DNA of 63,051 nt, the filler included, from Intoshia linei (taxonomy: Eukaryota; Animalia; Orthonectida): the NCBI GenBank assembly GCA_001642005.1. It is 8 parts of 8 records of this genome, joined end to end, with 100 filler letters (N's around TTAATTAATTAA, not from the genome) between each part and the next. Parts side by side here need not be neighbours in the genome. Positions count along the whole stretch, not along the records: positions 1 to 18,149 come from LWCA01000786.1; 7 more parts are not named here. One strand, written 5' to 3'. A model generated the notes under the pieces. It searched no databases and was not told where the DNA came from. It saw nothing but the letters and a program-made list of their open reading frames with translations. How positions within the stretch are numbered: position 1 is the first letter of the stretch; each line of letters starts with the position of its first letter. Positions 1 to 11,200 of this stretch are shown one piece after another. The translations under genes and the position numbers were made by a program.

Positions 1-25
1 TGCATCATTTTCTTTTTGTAAGTAG

Positions 26-712
26 TTAATATGACTTATAATTTTTTTTGAACAATTTATAGTCATGCTCACTACCAACCCCCATTGGCTGAGAGAACAT
101 TGCATAAAATGGCGAAGTAGCCATTATTGATACTTCTTTTTTTAGTCCGTAAGTACCGTTATTTCCATCCCAAAATATTTTATGATTTACTTCCCCATTT
201 GAAAGTTTGGGAATTCTTACGGTAGTTGAATCACCTATAAGTGCGACATTGCTCATGTCATCAGCATTAAGGTAAAAAGGCTGCATTCGATCACTTCACC
301 ATTTGTCTTTTAAACATTCATATAGTGGAGTTCTCGTAATATCTATCGTTTTTTGAACTACTTGATTACTAATTAAACCAAAAATCTTTGTAATTATTCT
401 CAAAGCTGTGGCAGTTTTCAACCAGAATAATGTTAAGACTAAAGGATCAATTCCTTTATATTTTGGAGAAGGACCTCGTCGCCTGTGATCTATTATGTAT
501 CCCATAAGACGGTGGTAAATCAATGCAAGTTCCATTTGGTAGAATCCGGTAATGTCTATAAAAGCATCGTTTTCTTTTACGAACTTATATACAGGACCAG
601 AAAATTCGGTTTCACTCTCCACCTCATTCATTTTGGCATTTTCAATGATATCTTCTTCATCATTGATTGCTCTTAACACATTATTTAACAATGATCGGTT
701 TGGATTGGGCAT
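26..712 (-). pseudogene. PIF/Harbinger-superfamily (ISL2EU/IS5-like, HTH_Tnp_4 + DDE_Tnp_4) transposase remnant
   Basis: ORFs 296-712 and 26-286 are in one frame, separated by a TGA (KDKW*SDR). Motifs LVLTLFWLKT..FGL (HTH), IGDSTTVRIPK, FWDG.NG.YGLK and GSEHD match the DDE_Tnp_4 pattern. There is a further stop/frameshift at 26. Confidence 0.75.
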
Positions 713-2251
713 AAACTATAAAGATAAATAATACATTTTAATGTTAAATATTACCAAATACAATGTAGTATAAACTTGCAATGGAAATTGAAAAAAAATT
801 GATATAAAAAAACAAAAACACTATAGATCAATTGTAAACTTGTGATTTTAATTTGAATAAATCAAAATAAAAATCATTTTTATGTGGCCATATTACAGAT
901 CGCGAGCCGTGAATGTTGAAAAAACAGAATACTAATGTTTTATTGCTTTGATATAAATTTATGCAATAAATATGCAAATGGTGATCATTTATTAAATTAA
1001 AAATGCACGTATATTTAATTAAATCATCCAATGTATATAAAAAATGTTATGTAAGAACAGAACCGAACCTAAAAGCTTAAAGCCACCCGATTAACATGAA
1101 AAATGCGCATCTAAAAACATTTTCTCTAACGATGCTTAGTCATATAGCTTTTAGCCATCTTAGGTGGCCCAACATTTTAATGGTTTAACTTGACATTATA
1201 ATTTAGCACTCATAATACATATTGTTATGATATTTTAGAATATAATTTTTTTATTGCTCAATTTGGAAAAATTACCACCGAAGAGAGGTGTGGGAGTACA
1301 GTATCAGAGCATAACTACTAAGCTCGGGCCAAGGTCAAAAATAACCCCAAAATTTTCATATATTATTATTGTCATTTAATTGCCAGGTTAACAGGTTATT
1401 GTCATATGACCCATAGCCGCGTCTCTAAGACTCTAGACTTGATATTTCAAATTTAACACCAAAAATAGATATATTATTCAAGATTGATGAAACAACACCA
1501 GTTTTATTATATTTTTAAAATTTTGAATGCAAATTTCATTTATTTTAGAATCTAAAATTTAGATGAATGGTTAATAAAGAAAAATAAATTTGAATTATGA
1601 TTTAATGAGAACTGAAGATTCTAGTTTCTCAACTTGCTGGTCCGACCAAAACCCACGTACGCTAGCTAAGTTGATAATGTACATCTTTTACACCAGACTT
1701 TCTCAACCAACTCTGTGGCCCTACAATGGAAGTGAAAAAAACCTGCGAACCCAATAAAATTATATACATTATATACTTTAGTTATATAACATTTTATGTG
1801 TGTTACCGTTTATTTAAAAAACCTTCAATTGTTAATAATGTTTTTCAAGAGTAATGCAGCATCAAAAACTTCATTTTCTGAAATTGAATCCTTCAGAGTA
1901 AAAAACCCAATTTCACCGTATTTAAAAAAAAACCAACAATTACAAAATACAAATACAATTAAAAAAACATAGTATACATATATAAATTAATACATTAATA
2001 CATATTCTCGGAAATTTTTGAAAATCAATGTTTAAATTTTAGTCCAAAATTGTGAAAAAATTAGATTTTAAAATATTTCTATCTTAATACATGGAAAAAA
2101 AATATTTTTAAATTATTAACACATTTCTATTATAATTATAACATTGAAACGTTTTAATTCGCATAAAAATTATCATAAATACATAAATCATCAATGTAAA
2201 TAGTGTTAATAATGTATTAATAAAATTGTGTACAATTTTTAATAATTTAAT

Positions 2252-5200
2252 TTAAATAAAGACCATTTTTTTGATATTTAAAAACGATAATTTATAGATT
2301 GTAATCCTAGGAATTTCATGTTGTTTTTCATTTTTGTAAACAATGAGTGGTGACAAAGGTGTTTCCCCCTTAGATTTTAAAATATCTAACGTATCTCCAA
2401 TTTCAATTTCGTAAGCATGTTTGGGTGTATTTGTGTTAATATCAAAGATTGAAAATACAGTCTAATAATAATTATAACCATAAATTAAAAAAATTACATC
2501 TTTTACATCAATTTCTATAATATTTGACAAATTTTCAATATGCATCCAACCAAATATTTTTTTATCTACAAACAAGTACAATAATATAAATAAATTAAAA
2601 TACCAAACGAATAAACTAAACACATGCGATATTTTTTGGTTTTACTTATTTGAATGACAGCAACAAGCGAATTAACAAAAAAGTTGGTAAGGTGTATGTC
2701 TTGTAATAATTTGGTGACTGGATGCATATTTACAACTAAAATATAAATAATTAAATTTGAAATTTTAGAAAACTATTACGACGACTATTTTAAAAATATA
2801 TTTAATTTAAAATGGCAAAAATAATAAAAACCACGAAACAGACAAACAACTCCATATTTGTTTAAAGGACTCTATAAATAATGTTAATATATTTAAGTTG
2901 TAAAATTTCGAATCAAACAATAAAATGTTAAATAAATTCAGTGGTTCCCAATTTTGGTGCCTTGAATTTGGGTCCATAAGGTTAAAATAAAAAAAAAAAT
3001 TTTTATGCACTTTAGTTTGTTTTTATAGGAGAATTTTTAATATTTATTAGTTTCTAGATGTTACTCATCCCAAAACCTAGACAACCGTTACATCATTATA
3101 TCAAAAATCCCACTTTTATACCACCACTAATAAAATTAAATAAAAATTACCATTTCAAACCCTCAGGAACAAATCTACATTTACTGGTATTCCTTTGAAA
3201 AATCCACTTAATCAAACCCCAAAATAAAAAATCCCCTTTTTTTAATATTTTTTTGAAAATTCGATTATATCAAATCTTATTAGCATCAACTTCCTAATCT
3301 AAAATACAAAATAAAAAATTCAATTTTACCAAACCTTAATGGAAAAACCACTTTTTCCAATATTTTTTGAAAAAAACGATTTTACCAAATCTTATCAGAA
3401 AAAATCTTTAATGTTTTCATAAGTGTTTTATATTTCATGTTTCCTTTGCCGTCCAAAAAATAAATATTTTGAAATGGTGGTCCGTACACTATTTGAATCG
3501 GGAACCACACGAATCAAATGAAAAATACAATAAGGTTTTACTACATAACCCTATAATTAAATTAGTAGATCACTATTCATCATATATTATGAAAACGAAC
3601 TATAGCAAAATATATAAATCTTATGTTTTAATTCGAGACGGGTAGGAATTAGAAATTTAAAAAATACCAAATCAATTTGATCAGCATTTACTTTTAATGC
3701 ATCTAACATATTCTCCCAGACATGTAAAGAAAATTTACGATACGTTTTGTGGTATTGAGTTGAAATAGATGACGGATCGTCACATAAATCACAAAGCTAA
3801 AATCAATATTAAAAATAAAAAAATTTCATATATTCGTCAATACCTTTAATGATTGTTCCAAATAACAATTGCATCTTTGCATAAATAATTTAATTATCTC
3901 AATATATCGGTGCAATAAATGATATGCAATTTTTGGTGATTTTGAATACAGTATCGGCCATTCAGAGCACAATACATTGTGTACAACATTGAAACTTTCC
4001 AAATATTCTTCCTAATTATAAAATATACTGAAAGACATGGATATTTGAAAATTGATCCATGGGATGAGAATGAAATTGTATTTTACGATATTTCTTATAC
4101 ATGTATTTAAAAAAATAAAAGTTTTCGCTTGAAAATACAGAAAAATATTTGATATAGGCTTATTTCCCCGTATTAATAAATTTATAAAATTTTATATCCA
4201 ACAATTGACATTCACAAATAACCACCAAAAAATACTACAGTACTGTATTAATAAAAAATACATTATTTGGGTTTGCATTAATTTTGGTGACTAGATCCTG
4301 TCTTTTCAACATATATCCCTTGGCATTACAAATTAGTTTTTTTAATTTTTCTAGCGGTTCAAGAATTTCTTTAACTACTCCAGTTTTCTAAAAAAAATAT
4401 CAACCATACAAAATAAAATAAAACCAAAAAATCAACTTCTTTATTGGCCATGTTATAAACAGTTGTAACCAATTTTATGTGTCTGTGATCCAGCCTATCA
4501 TTTACGGAAATGTGCTTAAAATCGAGCCAAATGTTAAGTGTGCTTATCGATAAATTCTAAACAAATTGGTAAATTCGATATTAAAAGATAAGTTTAATTA
4601 TATTTATTGTATCAACAATGCATATAATACATATCAGGGTGACAAAACATAATTACTTTTCCCCAAAATAAATAAACCACTAAAACATACTTCAAAAAGT
4701 TTTAAAAAATACAAGAATGACCTTAATTTAAAAGTTTTAATTCAATCCTGTATATAGAATTGAAAAAATATTAAAAAATTCAAATGTAAAGTATAAACAA
4801 AGTTTATTAAACATAAAAAATTACACCTAAACTTTCTATTTGAAAAATTGTGCAATTTTTAAAAGATTCGACATATTTAATTAATTTGCATAATTCAGTA
4901 AATTGTTCAGTCCATACATCATGGGGATTCTAAATTTTTAAAATTTAAAAAAAAATATAAAAACCGAATCGAATTTTGCTAAAGCTTTTCGAGACAATTC
5001 AACATTCTGTTTCTTATAAGATTTATTATGTCGTGAAATTCGCTTGACTATATTATGTATTATGATTTATAAAAGGTCAATTATGAATTAATTACATGAA
5101 TCAACAATTTTATGCGATTGGTTAATATCTTGCAAAATATTAACATATGAATTGTATAAATCTTGATAATTTCCATATTTATCGTCATTTTTTAATTCCT

Positions 5201-8200
5201 AAATTTGTATTTTATTATTTTTGAAATAATTGTATCAAATACTTTTTTACAATATATACTGTCCACCAGGGATTCGAAATAATTGATTGCAATCAATTAT
5301 TTTGTATAAACCAATTAATTGTTTGCTAAATGTTAATTTTTCAATTAATTGGTTTTTTTCATATAACTAAAAAAATATAAATTGAATCCTTTTATTGACG
5401 AATGGTTGAATGAAAAAATTAATTAATAAACAGAAAAATGATGTATTTAACCTACTAACTTGACTTTTATGTACTTCGAACAAACAGCATCCTAGTATTC
5501 ATTATAACCACATGAAAGATTTTTAATAATGATTATGATATTGTTATCAATCTTCAATTAATTGAAATTTTTTATTTTTCATAAAGACATTAATTGGAAA
5601 ATATTTTTTCATTATTCAATTAATTTCAATCCCTGCTGTCCACTAACGATTTATAGTTTTTTAATTGAGAAGAACCAATTAGTCTTATTCAGATACATAA
5701 TAAGAATAAATAAAACTAAATATCAGCCTCATAAACGCACACCTTCATGGTCAAAACCACAAATTACCCTTTATTTTAAAAATGAAATATGTCCTAAAAT
5801 TTAATAAAACTTAAATTGTGAGATAGTTTTTAAAATAAGCATTATCATAATTGGAAACCTAAAAAAAGATAATTTCACGGTCAAAAACCCAGATTACCCT
5901 TTTTTTAAAAATGAAAACAACCCTATAATTTTATAAAAAATTTCAATCCGAATAAGTGACGACTTCACGATCAAAAAAGCATTTTAGTATTCATATTTTT
6001 TTTCCGAAATATTTTATTAAAACAAAAAATGTGAAATAATTAACGGTCCAAAAGTTAAAAAAACGATTATTTTCATACAGCTTATTCCAGTTGATATAAA
6101 TACAAAATTTCCACCACAGAAATCTACGAATTACGAGTGAAAAATAATTTTTAATATATTATCAACCAAATATTTTTCAAATGTTAGACTAAAATTAAAA
6201 ATGAAAAAGTAAATAATCATCTGACAATTTCAAAAAAAGTACATTAAACGTCTACACCAGGGATGGGCAACATACGACCCAATAAGATTTCAATGTTAAA
6301 TATTAAAAAGCATCAATCATCACATTAATAAAAATTTAAAATAAATATATTCAAACCAAAAATTCTTAAAATTTATTTGTCCGGCATATCCATCTATTTT
6401 ATATAACAATCCGGGCCGCTATAACAGAATGTTGACCATCCCTGGTCTACACATTTCCAATAAAGAAATATTGGTGGAAATCTATATAATTGATTCCTTC
6501 TGGTTTTTTTCATTGCTACGCAATTTTTAAATTTTAAATTCTCATTTTCAAAACATTTTTTATAAAATTTAAAAAAAAACTACAACAAAACTAAAACAAC
6601 AATGTTAATATCATTTTTATATTACATCCTTTGCAATATTGATTAAATTCACCTGAAATATGTTTAAAAAGTGAAGATTTCGTTAATTATTGCTACATAA
6701 TTGGTATTTTTACGTATTTATTAAATTGGTACTGAATATAATCATCACATTGAAAATGAAAAAATAAAATTATAAAAACCTATACAGCAGTGGTTTTCAA
6801 CCGGGGGGTCGTGAGAATTTGAACACAGTATAAAATATAAATAAAAATAAATATGTTTTTTTAATATTTTAATTGATGTGAATTGATAAGATGTTTGGAG
6901 TATACTCCTATATATATACTATATTTTATTATATATTTCTATACATCAATTTTTTATGTTTATAAGGGGGGTCGCGAACACAAAAATGTTGAAAACCACT
7001 GCTATACAGTGATGATTCATTACGCTAGTAAATTCGTAGATACTGAATTATTAATAAAATTATTGTAAATACAATTTAACACTAATAAAACATAATTACA
7101 GATAACATTGATTTAAAAAATAGAGGATATTTTGTAATTCTTTGGAAAGGTCTAAAATTAAAATTAAAAAATTTTAAACACACCAAATTATTTATTGAAC
7201 AATACACATCAGGCAGTGATGTGAAGTACAAACTGCCAAAGGTCAACAGATGACATGTTACCGATCCGACCTGTAGGTACTTATGGTGTTAATTAAACAC
7301 ATAAAAAATAAAAATATGTCCATTTAATAATTTACGTAAATCAAATAAAAACTACAGAGAAAAGATACTTAGAGAAGAAATACTGTAGTATTAATTTTGG
7401 TGTCGACAATCCTATTATAGATTAGTACATACCAGTCAAGTAACCAAATCGAATATGGTGTTAATTTTGATGTGCCATATATTTATTATGTCACAATTCA
7501 AACTGCCTGATATAGATCAGGGTTCTCAACATTTTTTTAGAATCGCTCCCCTAAAACCACAATTCACACATATTTTCATTTCATAATTCAAAATAAAAAT
7601 CACATATTTTTAGATTGATAAAATTTACTATAGTGATTGTTTTCAATTACCTGTTAATAACAAGTTATTACTGTTATTCAAATTGTTAAACAATCGCCTA
7701 TATAATCAATAATTATTTTTAAAAAAGTGTGATAGTTTTTAATGTTATTTTAGCTATGAAATTTTAGGAAAGAAAAGGACTTTAATATTTTAATCAAATG
7801 ACAAGAATAATTGTAGACCATAAAAAATTTTGATTAGATAATGTATTTTGTGAAATAAAATAGAAAATAAAATTCGGCCACCGTTGAGAACCCCTGATAT
7901 AGAGTATCATAAAAAAATAAAATTCCAAACCTCATAATAACAGATTCAATATTATAGCCAATATTTTGTGATTTAATAGCGTCAACAATAGATTTAAATA
8001 TTTCATCTCCTTTGGAATTTAAACACTAAAATGAAAAAAATTAATAAACCTACACTTAATACTAATTATTTAAAATTTTTATATACAAATGTAATGAATA
8101 AATTACTTGAACAATATTTTTTTGAACTCTTTCATAATGAGTAACATAAAATTCATACGATGATTTAATTAAATCAAAATTTTGACTAAATATTTCATCT

Positions 8201-11200
8201 AAAATAATAAAAATGAATACATCAATTCCATTCAATCCAAAGACATTAACAGTTAACGAGAATAAAAAAATAAAAAAATTTAAAATCAGATAAATAAAAA
8301 TTTTCACGTTATTATCATATCAATTAGAGTCATACAGGGATGGCCATTGTCTAGGTCTTACCCAGCCCACCAGTCAGTAACCGGCCCGTAGGCTAGGTAA
8401 TATGTGCACACCCATACCAGACTCTAATCTCCAGATCTTCTCTTAATTATAAAAAATAATACCGATAGGAAAATACATTTGAGAACTAGAAACAAACTCT
8501 TCATAATTAAAATTGCCAAAACTGGTCAAAATAAAATGAGAGCACTTGCAAATATCTTTCAGTGACTTCATGATTAAAGGAATTTCTTGGTTAATAAATT
8601 CAATTTTTTCTTGAATAATTTTGATAAACTTGACTGTAAAGGTAAAAAAAGAAAATTCAGAATCGTGAATTTCTTTAATAATATACTTTAAACTAGATTT
8701 CGTTTTTTTAAAATCCTTCTTATTAGAAAAAGATTGATTAAAACTAACATCCTGGTTATCTTGTAAATTCAAAATTTCGTTAGATTCAAAATTTGTGAAA
8801 TCAGCTTTAAGAGGGGAGTCATTAATGTTTACTTTAGTTTTAACTGCTAAAGGTTGAATAATATTAATTGCATTATATTGATTTTTATTATTGAAAGTAT
8901 ATTTGGTTGGTTCTAAAGGTAGTAATTCAATTTTATCAACTTTGTTCAAAGTCGAATCGGTACTTGTGTGCATATGTTCATTTAGTCGACTTGATGGTTC
9001 CACAATACTCATTCGACTAAAATTGGTATCAAAAACTTGATTATTTTGTGGTACTAACAAAGGGATAAAATTTGTAGGTTTACTAGCCTTTTTGCAAATG
9101 GAAGATGATTCTTTTTCTACAATTATATTTTTTGGTTTGTTAACCAAAGTTGATTTTGAAATGGATAACAATTCGTCCATAAAAGTTGGATCAATAAGCG
9201 ATGTAGACTTTACAGTTTCCTTGTTTTCAAAGTAATCAGACATTGGAATTTTTGACTTTTCAAATGGTAATAATGTATTTTTGTTGGTATCGAAAATATC
9301 GAATATGCAATCACTAGGATTTATATTATTATTCTTGTCACCAGACTTAGATTGATTTTGAGCTGTAGAAAAAATGTCAAATAAATTGGTACCTTTATCG
9401 GGTTTTTTTAAATTATTGGAATTATTTACCGTAGAAGGTATCAAAGGTTTCAAAGTGTTGCATTCTAGTCTCTCTCTTTCAATGTCATGTTTATTTAAAA
9501 CATTACTTGGTTTTAAAGGAGTAAAATCGATATTTAACACTGTTTTATCGATATGGTTCTCAAAATTTGTTATAGCTTTAACATCTTTGCATGTCAAACT
9601 CGCACTTTTGTCTGAATCCGAAAAAATATCCATACTGTCAAATCCTTCATTTTCTCTGCCACTAAAACGTGTCCAATTGTTTTCAAAACTGTCATCTCCA
9701 AATAAAAGTTTAGAATTAGGTTCATTCTCATCAGCCTTGATCACATCGTCTTGATCCAGTATATTGGATATACGATAATGACTAGCACTAGAAACTGGCT
9801 TTTCAAGGATATTGTAATTTTTTACTTCCTTACGAGAATTTATTTTTACATTTCTATCCTTTTTGACTTGAGCATAAATGTCATTACCGGATATTACATT
9901 CTTCCGATGGTATACTTTAGGTCTAGGTATGTTTGGAATAGGTTTGATGTCATATTTTCTAAGAGAATTCATTTTAGATTTTAAAGTCATTTGAGAAAAG
10001 TTTTTAATAACATCTCCTTCATATGTAGTTGACTTTAAAACTGGTGAACTAATGTGTACGTCCTTTGATTTTGACAATGTCCTTACACCTCGTTTATTTT
10101 TTTCAGGGGTTCTATTTAAATTTGGTCGAATTGGAACATCAGGAGCTATTCGTTTGCTTTTACGTCTAATTATCGACACACTAGGTCTAGATGGTAAATC
10201 AATTACCCTGCTACTTGACAAAGTAATAGGTTTTAGTGATTCATTACACACTGATGGTCTTTTAATATTAGCATTTTCTTTATTGTACGATTGCTGTGTA
10301 GTCTCATCTGAATCTCTTCCATAATCATCGGTCAAATCACTAGAACTAGAAAATCTACCTTGTTTAATGGACAAATATCTTGAAGAATCACTAGACAAAG
10401 ATACATTTAAAGGGCTGAAAGTATCTACATGATCACGATTGTTGTAATTATTATAATCTAAATTTGTTTGCATATAATTTGGAGAACTTTGAAGAGTATG
10501 ATATTCTTGAAGATTTTCGGTAGACACATTTTTGAAAGTATTTTCGGCATGATAACTGTAATTGTAGCCAACTGAATTTTCTCTCTGATTTGAATTTCTT
10601 CGTTCATACGGATATAAAATGTCTTCAGATTCAGATGATGACTTTTGGGTGCTCATATCACTCAATTCTCCTTCGTATGGGTCCAAAATAAAAGTTGGCA
10701 AACGGCCTGTAATATCATTATGGGGGTAAACAGTCGCCATAACAAAATGCTCGTCCAATTTTTTGACAATTGAAACAATATCGCCGTGTTTTACACTCAT
10801 TTCATTGTCCATCACTGCATCGAAATCCAAGTTTATTCTGCATTTTACATTTGTACTTTCCTGATTCCGGGAATCATTTACTCTGGAGCTTAATTCATTC
10901 AAAGGAGCTTCGAATTCTGATTTAAATCGATCTAAACTTATTAATGCTGTGTAATTGTAAGGGAATTTTTTCATAGTTTCATGTTTAAATATTGTCCCAT
11001 ATCCCCAATTTTCATTGTGATGTCCTGTTTCATGTAACAATTCTCCTAATTTTAAAATTATTGAAAAAAAATAAACAGGTCACACAATATGCCCAAATTG
11101 CAATGTATTTTAATGTTACCAAGGTTTTAACCACTATAACAGAGCTTATAAAGTACTTAAAGTAGGATTATAATTATAATGAAAATTATCAAGAGAAAAG

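Noticed and set aside
3100-3410. Regularly spaced ~30-bp repeats as a possible CRISPR array
   Set aside because: Degenerate head-to-tail minisatellite with no unique spacers, no cas genes and a eukaryotic context.
9374-10324. Plus-strand ORFs of 77-126 aa opposite the DNMBP large exon
   Set aside because: Antisense shadows of a long coding exon; no independent features.
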